Origin: Balanoglossus misakiensis
Lineage: Eukaryota; Animalia; Hemichordata
Direction of reading: 5' to 3'
Length of the DNA: 64,000 nucleotides
Assembly: GCA_040954595.2 (NCBI GenBank)
Contig: CM082586.2
Span: 9,641,337-9,705,336 of the forward strand
Numbering within the stretch: the stretch's first letter is position 1; every line of letters starts with the position of its first letter. Both the position numbers and the translations under genes were made by a program. The notes beneath the pieces are model-generated. The model made no database searches, was not told where the DNA came from, and saw only the letters and a program-made list of their open reading frames with translations. Below are positions 21,180 through 32,000 of this stretch, piece by piece.

Positions 21180-24100
21180 ATGCCTCGTAAGAAGAACTGG
21201 AGGAAGAGTGATGCGCAGAAGAAGCGGTTGGGTTTGGTTCGTGTCCCACCAACCAGTGATATTGTCACTCAGGGCCAATGTGTCCTGTCTGATCAAAACA
21301 ATGCTAATGAAATGGAAAATGAATGTGGAAATTATGTCCTTCGGGATGCTAATAACTTGCAAAATGAATCTGATGGTGTCCTTCGGGATCATGATAACTT
21401 GCGAAATAAATCGGATGGTGTCCTTCGGGATCTTGATAACTTGCAAAATGAATCTAATGGTGTCCTTCGGGATCTTGATAACTTGCAATATGAATGTGAA
21501 GGTGTCCTTCGGGATCTTGATAACTTACAATATGAATGTGAAGGTGTCCTTCGGGATCATGGCGAAGAAGGTGTAGATTTGGAGGGCGCAAGTAAAACTA
21601 TGGCAGATGATGTTGCACATGATGAAGGTGATCAAAGAGGATTTACTGTTGATCATGAAGTTGAGGAGACTTATGTGATGGGCGAGGTTGATAATATGAA
21701 AATAGCAAGAGTTACAGAGAGTGTTGGAAATGATTCACAAGATTTAGATAATGTTGGTACCGAAACCAGTGAATATTTATTTTGTCCAATTACGTCTGTG
21801 ATACAGCATGAGTTATGTGTCAAACTTCAGTTACATAATGAAACTACTATTGAGTGTGTAAATGGGATTGAGGGTGCGGAAGCTGGTGAACCGTGTAAAA
21901 TAAAGTCAATTGTTGGTGATGGTAACTGTTTGTTTCGGGCGTTGTTATATGCTGTAAGTGGAAGTGAGAGAAATCACAGAGTGATGCGAAAAGCCATTGT
22001 TAATCACTTGAAAGTCAATGAGAATGCATATTTAGATTTCATAAAGTCAATGGGATATACATCAGTTGCAGACTACATTGAAAAGTCTAGAATGGATTGC
22101 CTTAACATTTGGGGTTCCGAAGTTGAAATCTTCGCAGGAGCAAACTTGTTGAATACTGACATATATGTCCATACCATTGGCAGATGGTGGAAACACCCTT
22201 GCACTGAATTTAATGAGAGGAATTGCAGTCGAGGTGATGGTATCTATATTTATCATCTGAATCAAAATCATTTTGATGTTGTTGAGTGTGTCAAAACACC
22301 TAACTTGAAAACATGTCACTGCACACATACTGATTGTGATGTACAAGTGTCTAGTGTAAATGTGACTGACAACTGCAAATCTGTTACAAGTAGTGAGACA
22401 TCTTCTTCACAAAGGAAGTGTCCAAATAAGACAGGAATTGTGAATGACAATTTGAATGCACTGGGGATTGAAAGTAGAGTTAAGAGGAAAAGGCCGATGA
22501 GTACACGGCTGAGAAAGAAACTGAGAAAAGTGAAATATCAACAGAAAGAAAGTATGGAAACTGCATCTGGTGCAAATGTTAAAACAAAGAGCAGTAGGGC
22601 TGATAGACAGCGTGCGTTGTATCATAGTAATTGTGAAATCAGAGAGCAACTGAAATTGAAAAGTAAAAGAAAGTACCATGATGATATAACATACAAAGAG
22701 GTTAAGAAACAGAAATTGTCAGACAAGTACCAGGAGGACATTTTGTTTCGTGAAGCCACAAAGGTGAAATTGTCAGAGAAGTACCGGCATGACACATTGT
22801 TTCGTGAAGCCACGAAGTTGAAGTTGGCTGAGAAGTACCGTCATGACACATTGTTTCGTGAAGCCACGAAGGTGAAATTGTCAGAGAAGTACAGACATGA
22901 CTCATTGTATCGTGAAGCAAAGAAGGGGAAATTTACAGAGAAATATAAGCATGACAATTTGTTTCGTGAAACAAAGAAGGTGAAATTGTCACAGAAGTAC
23001 AGGCATGACGCATTGTTTCGTGAAACAAAGAAGGTGAAATTGTCACAGAAGTACTGGCATGATGCATTGTTTCGTGAAACAAAGAAGGTGAAATTGTCAC
23101 AGAAGTACCTACATGACACATTGTATCGTGAAGGAAAGAAAGGGAAATTTACAGAGAAATATGAGCATGATGATTTGTTTCGAAAATCTGAGAAAACAAG
23201 ATTTTCACACAAATATCACCACGATGAGGGATTTCGTGACATGAAAAAATGGGAATTTTGTGAACAATATAGAAAAATCCCCCTAGTCAGACAAAATCAG
23301 CAGAGACAATGTTCACAAAGGTACAAACAAAACCCTGACTATAGAGAGAGTGTATTGGAGAGAACGAGAAGAGAAAGAGAACAGAAGACAATGCAAAAGG
23401 GGAATTTAGATTATGTTGTTGCTACTTTTCGAAATCAGGTATCAAATGGTCCTGACTGTGTGTGTTCTGTTTGCCGCAGGCGACTTTTCAGAAAGCAAGT
23501 AATTCTTTGCAGAAGGGATAAGTATGCGAGTAAAATTGCATCATGTGATATTGCTGAGAATTGCATTACAGAAGATTATGTACATAGATGTAGTTTATTA
23601 TGTCCTGTTGAGTGCCCACTTGAGAATAGTGCAGCTAGTAAGGAGTGGATTTGTTACACATGTGACACAAAACTGTTGCGTGGAAAGATGCCAGTTCAAG
23701 CTGTTGCAAACAATCTCCATGTGAACCCAATTCCTCATGAATTGGAATGCCTGAATTCTCTAGAACAACATCTGATTGCATTACATATTCCATTTATGAA
23801 AATGCTTGCATTGCCAAAAGGTGGTCAGAATGGTGTTCATGGACCTGTTGTATGTGTCCCATCAAATATTGAGAAAGCTACAAGTATTTTGCCACGAGGT
23901 GAATTGGATGATCAAATGATAAAGGTTAAACTGAAGCGAAAATTGACTTACAAGGGTTCTTATCAGTATCAGTTTGTAACTAAAAGCCACATTCAGAATG
24001 CATTGGATTACTTACAGAGAAATAACAAGTGGTATAATGATGTGAAATTCAATGTTGATTGGGAAAATAGTCTTGAGAAAACAAAAGATGAACCCTCAGA

Positions 24101-26579
24101 AATCAAAGATATTGATGCAGATGATGTGGCAGATGATGGAAATGACTCTGACAAAGAAACTAATGGAATATTCATGGACACATGCTTTCAGCCAGTCAAT
24201 ATAGCTCAAGATATTCTTGATTATCACTTTGATGCTATAATCTCTGTTGCTCCTGCAGAAGGTAATGTACCTGTTAGTGTTTTGATGGAGAAATTCAATG
24301 AAGCAAAGTGCTTTCCAGTGTTATTTCCAACTGGGTCACCAACATTTCATGATGACAGAGAAATTAAAATTACTATAGGGCGATACTTGCAAAGTCGTTT
24401 GATGAATGCAAGCAATAGGTTTGCACAAAATACAGACTACATATTCTATTCACAGTATTTATCAGAACTTGAGCAGGTTGTATCTAATGTGTCTATTGCA
24501 TTGAGAAAAGGAACTGCACATGCTTGTGGTAGAAAAGTAACATCTGATGTTTTGACTGACAGAGAATCTTTGCAAGAAATGTTGAAGTGTGATGAAGGTT
24601 ACAAGTTTTTGAAACCTATTAGGGGGACACCCCCTTACTGGCAAGCTACACAGAAAGATTTGTTTGCAATGATCAGACAGCTAGGTATACCAACATGGTT
24701 CTGTTCATTTTCTTCTGCTGATTTGCGATGGAAAGAACTGATTGAGACATTACTTCGTGGTGAAGGTGATACACGTAATGCAGAGGACCTTGATTGGTCT
24801 GAGAAATGTGGTATTTTGAAGCGTAACCCAGTAACAGCTGCAAGAATGTTTGATCATCGGTTTCAATGTTTTCTGAAAGATGTCATTATGTCACCGGCCA
24901 ATCCTATTGGCAAAATCAAAGATTACTTTTATCGAGTAGAATTCCAACAACGTGGGTCACCCCACACTTACTGCTTATTTTGGGTTGAAGATGCACCCAG
25001 AGTAGACAAGAATTCTGATGATGAAGTGGTTGATTTTGTTGACATATATGTTACATGTGAAATGCCATCATCTGACAATGATGAAGAATTACATGACATT
25101 GTTAAATCAGTTCAGAAACACAGCACACGCCATTCAATATCTTGCAAGAAGAAAAATACTAATTGTAGATTTAATTTCCCACGGCCACCATCAAAAGAGA
25201 CATTTGTATGCCGCCCTGTTGACAGTGTAGTGAATAAAGTACCAGAAGATCTGGAAAACGCGGAGAGTCGAGAAGCATTTGAAATTGCCGTTTCACAGTT
25301 GAGTGTTTCACCAGTGGAGCAAATGATGGCTACAAAACTTCTAGAGAAACTTTGGATGGCAATGAATGACAAGGAGAAAGAGTATGATACTATATATGAC
25401 TTATTTGCTGAAGTTGGTACATCTCAGGAAGCCTATGAGAGAGCACATTCAATTGTTTCCAAAAAGACAAGTATAGTTATGAAATGTCAGCCTAGTGATG
25501 TGTGGGTAAACCAATACAATGCTTGTCTTCTGCGTTGCTGGAATGCAAATATGGATATCCAGTTTGTTGTTGATGCATATGCATGTGTTGTGTATATTGT
25601 ATCATACATTTCCAAGGCAGAAAGAGAGATGGGTTTACTTCTGGAGCACGCGCAGAGAGAAGCTAACAAGGGAGGAAATATGGATGCTAAATCTGCATTG
25701 CAACAGTTGGGCAGTGTATATTTGCACAACAGAGAAGTAAGTGCTCAGGAGGCTGTATATAGAGTGTGTGGATTGAAATTGAAGCAATCATCTCGAAAAG
25801 TCCAGTTTATTCCAACTGGAGAGAATCCTATCAAAATGAGTTTACCATTTGCCACAATAAGAAACAAAATGAAGGGAAACGAGGTAGATGAGGAAAGCAT
25901 CTGGATGCATAGTATTGTTGACAGATACAAGAACAGACCAAATGGGATAGATTTTGATAACATGTGTCTTGCTACATTTTGCTCAGAATACAGAATAGTT
26001 TCAAAATCAGAAGTTGTGAATGTCATTGATGAGAAACGAAAGAGTCCTCTAGTAAAGTTACAAAATGATATTGGCTATATGCAAAAGAGATCACAAACTG
26101 AACCAGCTGTCATCAGATATGCAAGATTCTCAGTGACAAAATATCCAGAGAAGTATTATCGCAGTATCTTGGAACTCTTTCTACCATACCGGGTTGATGC
26201 ACAACTGAAACCTAGTGGTTTTGAATCCTACGAGGATTTCTATCGTGTTGGTGCTGTGAAATGTGGATCTGAATCTGTAGAAAAAGTGAAGGACATAGTG
26301 GAAAGAAACAAAGCACTGTATGAAAAAGAGGCTGATGCTGTTGATATGGCTGAAGAATTCCTTGGTGGGAATAATGAACCACTGGAAGATGCATGGGCAC
26401 AAATCTGTCCAGAAAATGAATTAGACAGATTGGAATGTATTGAGGAAGGCAAGAAATGCAATGACGATGATCATGGAGATGAAACAGATGATATTCCAGA
26501 GTTGGTGGCAAAAGCGCAAGGTGATTGCAGTATAGAGATTGCTACTTCGACATCAAGAGCAGAGATTGCAGATGTGTAG
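21180..26579 (+). CDS. Helitron/Helentron RepHel polyprotein: OTU protease, repeats, zinc fingers and Rep (HUH/Y2); helicase frameshifted and truncated
   Basis: GDGNCLFRAL/WGSEVEI/NHFD for OTU; FPVLFPTG, IRGTPPYW, RQLGIPTWFCSFSSAD, RVEFQQRGSPH, CRFNFP, WNANMDIQFV, YIVSYISK and REVSAQEA are Helitron Rep motifs. Confidence 0.93.
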   Translation: MPRKKNWRKSDAQKKRLGLVRVPPTSDIVTQGQCVLSDQNNANEMENECGNYVLRDANNLQNESDGVLRDHDNLRNKSDGVLRDLDNLQNESNGVLRDLDNLQYECEGVLRDLDNLQYECEGVLRDHGEEGVDLEGASKTMADDVAHDEGDQRGFTVDHEVEETYVMGEVDNMKIARVTESVGNDSQDLDNVGTETSEYLFCPITSVIQHELCVKLQLHNETTIECVNGIEGAEAGEPCKIKSIVGDGNCLFRALLYAVSGSERNHRVMRKAIVNHLKVNENAYLDFIKSMGYTSVADYIEKSRMDCLNIWGSEVEIFAGANLLNTDIYVHTIGRWWKHPCTEFNERNCSRGDGIYIYHLNQNHFDVVECVKTPNLKTCHCTHTDCDVQVSSVNVTDNCKSVTSSETSSSQRKCPNKTGIVNDNLNALGIESRVKRKRPMSTRLRKKLRKVKYQQKESMETASGANVKTKSSRADRQRALYHSNCEIREQLKLKSKRKYHDDITYKEVKKQKLSDKYQEDILFREATKVKLSEKYRHDTLFREATKLKLAEKYRHDTLFREATKVKLSEKYRHDSLYREAKKGKFTEKYKHDNLFRETKKVKLSQKYRHDALFRETKKVKLSQKYWHDALFRETKKVKLSQKYLHDTLYREGKKGKFTEKYEHDDLFRKSEKTRFSHKYHHDEGFRDMKKWEFCEQYRKIPLVRQNQQRQCSQRYKQNPDYRESVLERTRREREQKTMQKGNLDYVVATFRNQVSNGPDCVCSVCRRRLFRKQVILCRRDKYASKIASCDIAENCITEDYVHRCSLLCPVECPLENSAASKEWICYTCDTKLLRGKMPVQAVANNLHVNPIPHELECLNSLEQHLIALHIPFMKMLALPKGGQNGVHGPVVCVPSNIEKATSILPRGELDDQMIKVKLKRKLTYKGSYQYQFVTKSHIQNALDYLQRNNKWYNDVKFNVDWENSLEKTKDEPSEIKDIDADDVADDGNDSDKETNGIFMDTCFQPVNIAQDILDYHFDAIISVAPAEGNVPVSVLMEKFNEAKCFPVLFPTGSPTFHDDREIKITIGRYLQSRLMNASNRFAQNTDYIFYSQYLSELEQVVSNVSIALRKGTAHACGRKVTSDVLTDRESLQEMLKCDEGYKFLKPIRGTPPYWQATQKDLFAMIRQLGIPTWFCSFSSADLRWKELIETLLRGEGDTRNAEDLDWSEKCGILKRNPVTAARMFDHRFQCFLKDVIMSPANPIGKIKDYFYRVEFQQRGSPHTYCLFWVEDAPRVDKNSDDEVVDFVDIYVTCEMPSSDNDEELHDIVKSVQKHSTRHSISCKKKNTNCRFNFPRPPSKETFVCRPVDSVVNKVPEDLENAESREAFEIAVSQLSVSPVEQMMATKLLEKLWMAMNDKEKEYDTIYDLFAEVGTSQEAYERAHSIVSKKTSIVMKCQPSDVWVNQYNACLLRCWNANMDIQFVVDAYACVVYIVSYISKAEREMGLLLEHAQREANKGGNMDAKSALQQLGSVYLHNREVSAQEAVYRVCGLKLKQSSRKVQFIPTGENPIKMSLPFATIRNKMKGNEVDEESIWMHSIVDRYKNRPNGIDFDNMCLATFCSEYRIVSKSEVVNVIDEKRKSPLVKLQNDIGYMQKRSQTEPAVIRYARFSVTKYPEKYYRSILELFLPYRVDAQLKPSGFESYEDFYRVGAVKCGSESVEKVKDIVERNKALYEKEADAVDMAEEFLGGNNEPLEDAWAQICPENELDRLECIEEGKKCNDDDHGDETDDIPELVAKAQGDCSIEIATSTSRAEIADV
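21336..21557 (+). repeat. In-frame 42-bp (14-aa) tandem repeat, GVLRDLDNLQNESD, ~5.5 copies
   Basis: GTCCTTCGGGAT recurs at 21336, 21378, 21420, 21462, 21504 and 21546. Confidence 0.95.
22670..23250 (+). repeat. In-frame 54-bp (18-aa) tandem repeat, KYRHDTLFREATKVKLSE, ~10 copies
   Basis: TTGTTTCGTGAA recurs at 54-bp spacing. Confidence 0.95.
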
Positions 26580-26669
26580 ATCATTGAACAAAGAACAAGC
26601 TGAAGTGTTCTATTGTGTCAGATGTCATTTTCTTTGTGTCAGATGAAACAGCAGTGGTATCCATAGCCT

Positions 26670-27848
26670 CTACTTCGCTTGAGACTTGGCTTGAGGCCTT
26701 GGCCCTTTGTAGTAGTTTTTTGGACCATCACGGTATTCAGCAAATTGTCTGTAGTTGCCACGACCTCTAACTGGTCCTCTGTAGCGGAAACCACGACCTC
26801 TCATTCTGGCACGATAACCTCCTCTCATTTGTCGCACACCAATTTTATTTCCAGCCTTATTGACTTCTTGTATATCTTTTACTCGTCTGGAAATGTCATC
26901 GCCAAACAAATAGTCTGTGAATGGCACAGTAGAAGAGCACAAATGGAGATAATCCAGTCTCAAATCCGGTTTAATGCAATCTCGTCTCCTGAGATTTAAC
27001 AGCCGATTGGTGTGCCCCAAAAAGGCCAGTGAATGGGTGCCCAGATCAAGTAATTTCTGGATGTCAACATTATCCTGAGGTTTGTCCTTTAACTTGGCTA
27101 GTTCACTAACCAGTTGAGTTACACAAACTGATCCCTTCACAAGGGAATTTTGCACTACCTGGAACTTTGTGTCCAAAGTTCTTGTCTCTGGGCGTATGAT
27201 ATCCCAAATCAGTTGGTTTACTCTTACATTTGTCAACCCATGACAGTTTTCTGGGCGAAGAAACTTCTTAACAAGATCATTGTATTTCTCATCAGGAATT
27301 CCATCCCTGAAGAAAGCATTAATCATAGTAGCAAAATCTTCATCAACAGTATCATCACATTGTTCCTTTACAAGAAACTTGGTAGCCATATCCTTGAACA
27401 TGCTTGGTTGACTGGTGACGTCACTCACAGTGGCATCAGTAGCAGTAGCACTGCCGCTAGCCGAAGCACCAACTTCGGACGCGTCCGAAGCAGAAGGTTT
27501 CATGTGTGAGACAGTTGTCTCATCCTCGACATCTTCAACACAAATATCATTGTCATCTTCATAATAACAATCCTGTTCAATTTTCTCCATACGCGTAGTG
27601 AGCTTACCCTGATTGTCCTTGATCTCCGTAAGCAGATTCAAAATGGCCGACATCTCACCAGAACCAGCCGGTGTGTCTACAGATGACCTGCTCACCTTAC
27701 TAGTAGTCGCCTCCGACGTTGTGTCGCCCGTGACTAAAACAGCGGCACTATCACGTTTACGCTTGGAATGTTTGTCAACGTCTGAAACAACTGCACCCCC
27801 AGCATCCTTAGATGCAATGTCCGTGCTGACACTTCGTTTGGGTGGCAT
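26670..27848 (-). CDS. DIRS-type retrotransposon ORF1 (gag-like); the element is 3'-truncated
   Basis: 392-aa ORF with RPENC...VNQLIWD...LNLRRRDCIKPDL...LC...DYLFGDD and an RGG-rich C-terminus typical of DIRS ORF1; no RT or recombinase follows. Confidence 0.6.
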   Translation of the reverse strand: MPPKRSVSTDIASKDAGGAVVSDVDKHSKRKRDSAAVLVTGDTTSEATTSKVSRSSVDTPAGSGEMSAILNLLTEIKDNQGKLTTRMEKIEQDCYYEDDNDICVEDVEDETTVSHMKPSASDASEVGASASGSATATDATVSDVTSQPSMFKDMATKFLVKEQCDDTVDEDFATMINAFFRDGIPDEKYNDLVKKFLRPENCHGLTNVRVNQLIWDIIRPETRTLDTKFQVVQNSLVKGSVCVTQLVSELAKLKDKPQDNVDIQKLLDLGTHSLAFLGHTNRLLNLRRRDCIKPDLRLDYLHLCSSTVPFTDYLFGDDISRRVKDIQEVNKAGNKIGVRQMRGGYRARMRGRGFRYRGPVRGRGNYRQFAEYRDGPKNYYKGPRPQAKSQAK

Positions 27849-29056
27849 GACGTGTACAACGCACGTTGCGACGCTAACACAAAGTTAGTCTTCCAAATGT
27901 CTTCAGACGTACTAAAAACTGCTAAACTCGAACCACGTTCGAGCGACAAAAACAAATATTATCACCGAATTGTACCTTGACCAACTCGGCTGAACGAAGT
28001 TACAAAATTCGCAAAATTGAGCCAGACGAGAACACAACGTGTTTCGCTGGCGTAGGTCAACAGTGCAACTGAAGTTACTCATGCGCAGTGCTATCTCATG
28101 TGGTTCCATGAGTGTGATGACGTAATAGAATTAAGATTTCTACATATACTAATAAAGAAGACAGGTTGATTCATCAATCATTGATGACATGTATTTGAAA
28201 AATTCATTCCAATATTGGCAATTTTGTTTGAATAAAATTGAGACAATATTTTCAGAATTTGTTTGCACTATATATCTTTTAAGCGAAAAATAATTTTTAA
28301 ATCAAATTATGTAGTACTTTTTGTTGGAAAGCCTTATTCACAGACCCTTGCAATTTTTTATCCCTCAAGTTGAGGGGGGGGGGGGCAAAAGTAAGTATTT
28401 CTTAGCCCCCCCCCCCCTTTAGCATTGGAGAGGGGGCAAGTGACCACCCCCTCCTGGTTCCTACGCCTAGAGAGGCGAAGTTGTGGAAATGTATGTCTGC
28501 TTGGGACCATTCTGCAACGCTTTGGGGTATAGTTTGTCACTGTCAGTGTGCCCTATAAGCCCATATGATGCACCACTGACTCACTAGTGACTCAAGGAAA
28601 TTATCCACAATACATGCAAAGCGCAGATTCAGAGAATTGTTTACAAATCTTCAAATTGACTCAAACCTTTAAAAAATTATGTTTGTTTAGAGAATACTGC
28701 AGGTAACATTGGCAAGCAGATATGACCTAACCATATCTAAATATGGAAATGTGAAAAGAAATAAACTATAGGAACATGCCCAATCAAGTGTCATGTGTCA
28801 AGGCAATCTTACAAGCAGTGCAACTTCTTTCAAGCAGCCCTGGGACAGACAGTCAGAGACACTCACTGACCTACCACTGGTAGTTAATAAAAGAATGGCT
28901 GGTGGTCTCTGTAACAGCTGGCCTATTACAGTTATGTAAACACGAATAATGTAAATTATCAGTGGGGTTTCACCCACCTCATGTAAAGAGTAACTTTCAA
29001 AGCAACTGGGCAAGTGGTTAACTATTAGATTACCAAAATATTTTTGTAATTTGCAG

Positions 29057-32000
29057 AAACCATCAAAGAAGATGAAAGCGACTATACTTTTTAAGCAGTC
29101 TTCTTACAAAAAAAGCCTTACGGCAAATAACAAGAAAAAGCAAGTCTGCCAGATGACAAATTCATGAATGGATTGCTGAACAGGTAATGTGATGAGCCTC
29201 ATAAATTGCAATTCAATGTTTGACATTGTTGCAAGACTTAATCTTCACACTATTTTTTTGTGTTTCAGAAATCTTAGCAAAGAGCGATAATCCCAGTCTC
29301 TGTTATATTCTTTTTTTCCAAAATCACAATTCGTGGATAGTGGACTATATATCATTGTTTGAAGCTTTGACACCGGAGCAAACACAACTATATATAAACA
29401 TATATACAAACATTTTGAAAATTAATGTGATGCATGATGCAACAGTAACTTGTTAATACCTATGCATAATGCTTCCCTTGTGTGTATTGCCTTGATGAGA
29501 AATCTATCACTACACTAATAAGATTTGATCTTTACTTTAAAGATTAGGAAAGAAATGAGCAGTTTTGGCAGGGTCGAGAGCAGACTAAAACAGCCACTGA
29601 GTAAGGAAACAGCTTCAGAGTTTTCGTGGCAGGAAATGCTGGAGGAAACATCAAAGCACCTGCCATTTTTTCACAATAATTTAGTTTGCAGACATGTGTG
29701 AACTATACAGTAAAATGTTTTGAAAAAAAACACTATGTTTATACAGACAGCTAGCACTTTGTAAAAATTTACCCCAGTAACCCAACTACATGTACATGTG
29801 TATACAGTGTATCTAAGTGTGTACCTGCACATGCTAGTGAAGTGCCCATTCATCATAGGGCAGTGGTGACTTTATTGTTTTTGGAATAATTCATAATTGT
29901 TGTTGCCTTCCAGAGTGACTTTGGTGGAAATGAAGCCGAAGCAATAGCAGAACAAGAACCAAATGTTGGAGGATATGACACTAGGCACAGTGGAGTACGA
30001 CAACGACTGTTTGTGAATGAAACAGATAACAATGATGACATTGTTGAAGGAATGCATCCATTGACTCTGCAAAAATGTAAGAACCAGTCTTTCCATTCCT
30101 TTAATATATAGATTTCTGCGTAACATTGGAACAACTTTTGTCAAACTTGGCATAAGTATGGCATGCATATATGCATGTCAATTTATTTTGTGAGATATTC
30201 AAATATGGCTACCAGGTATATCTCCTTCCAGATAAGTGGCATATCATGTTGTACCTGTCACAAACATGATTATAAACAATGACTGCCATCAGCACAATGA
30301 ATATGAGTTCAGTGAACCATATCTTCCTATCTTAGAGGTGCCTGTGTCATTAATCGATGACTTGTTACTTTTGTGATTCATGGTTGACTTTATTTGATTC
30401 CTGTTTTGTCTTAACAGGTTCTGGATATGCCTTATGTTGGGACAATATCCAAACACTTAGTGTTGCAAGATATCAGTCCAGTCAACGGCAAAATACATTT
30501 CTTATGTGGGCATTGTCCTTTGCTGCTGTGAATTCGAGTCAGTTTCCGGGAATTGGACCAACTGGATACAGAGCCGACAAAGAAAGCAGCTGACCTCAGT
30601 ATGGAATGTATCCTGCCATCTGCGCGTGATTGGGATTCACTGAGAACTAGAATGGAACTGTTAGTGACCAAAATCCTATGTAAACACATGGGTTATTTTG
30701 CTGAACTGACAGATATGGTACAAGACTACATCCCACATCAATTCATTGAAGAATCCAAGAATAAGAGTACAATTTTAAGTGCTGTCCAAATTATGATAAT
30801 CTTAATAGAATGTTTATATAAGTATGTGTGAACTTTATATTACTTTGTAAGATTGTGTGAAACTGTCATTGATACTGAAAACACTTCAAGTTAGAACATC
30901 AAATTCAAGTCTAAAATAAACATGAAACATTAAAAAAATTAGTTTTTTTTTATGGAACTTTAAAAACTGCATGATTGAGCTCATGTGTATGTATACAATG
31001 TAATTACTGTCCAATGATCAATACTTTAGTTGTAAAATTCATGGTTATTTTCAGATCAACTTAGGGGTCATCAGAGAAAATCCTGCCAGTAACAAAGGAG
31101 TTATTGCGATAATGAAACATTTAAAGCAGTATGTGCCAACAAGAACAGAAGGTCAACCATACACAATTCTGTGCCATGGTGATCAACTCTCTGCAGAGAG
31201 AATGGCAGAAGCCCGGCAGGCAATGGCACTTAATGAGGAACCCACTGACAGATTAATTAGTCTTGAACCTAACTGTCAGGATTTCCATGAACGGTGCATA
31301 ATTATGCAGGTAAAAACATTGTACTAAGCTGTGCAAGGTATATTTGTTTTAGGTTCTCAGTAATTAATTTCCTTGGCTGAATTGCTTACCGTGTTAATCT
31401 AGGAGTAGAACAATCATTGTTATTTATTTATTTTCAGGATACAATGGATCTTCTGTTCACTGGAAAAAGTGCGAATCAAGAGGGTACACTTTTGTATCTG
31501 AAAACTGTGTTTAACCATCGATATGTGAAGAAAAAGATCACAGACTGCATCAATCATGTGGATAATTTGTTGAATTTCACAACTGAAGCTATGGTAGTTT
31601 TGGCTGCAATGAAAGTTCTACAGGTAGATGACATTGACGAAATACACGAAAACGCACCTGGAGACAAAGTGGATCACCTGAAGGCTTTAGCTTCAGATGT
31701 TGTGTTGATGGTTTGGCTAATCATAGACTACAGGTCCATAAAAGAAGTGTTCACAGCTAATGATGGTGATGAGGATGATAGAGAATTCTGTATATGTGGC
31801 AGTACCGAGGGTTAGTGTCTGTCATTTATATATTAATATGCCATTACTTGGACCATATATTTGTTGCAATGACATGTAACTCACACTGAAAACAATGTAC
31901 TATGCTACCTATTTTTTAATTTTTTTTTTTTTTTTTTTGGGGGGGGGATCACATAAACTGCATTCACTGGGGAGTAAGTTATGTGAATTTTTAGCCCACA

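Noticed and set aside
28721-28732. TATGACCTAACC as the left TIR of the Academ-like element
   Set aside because: Only a 9-bp core match to the reverse complement of the right end, and no TSD; could be chance
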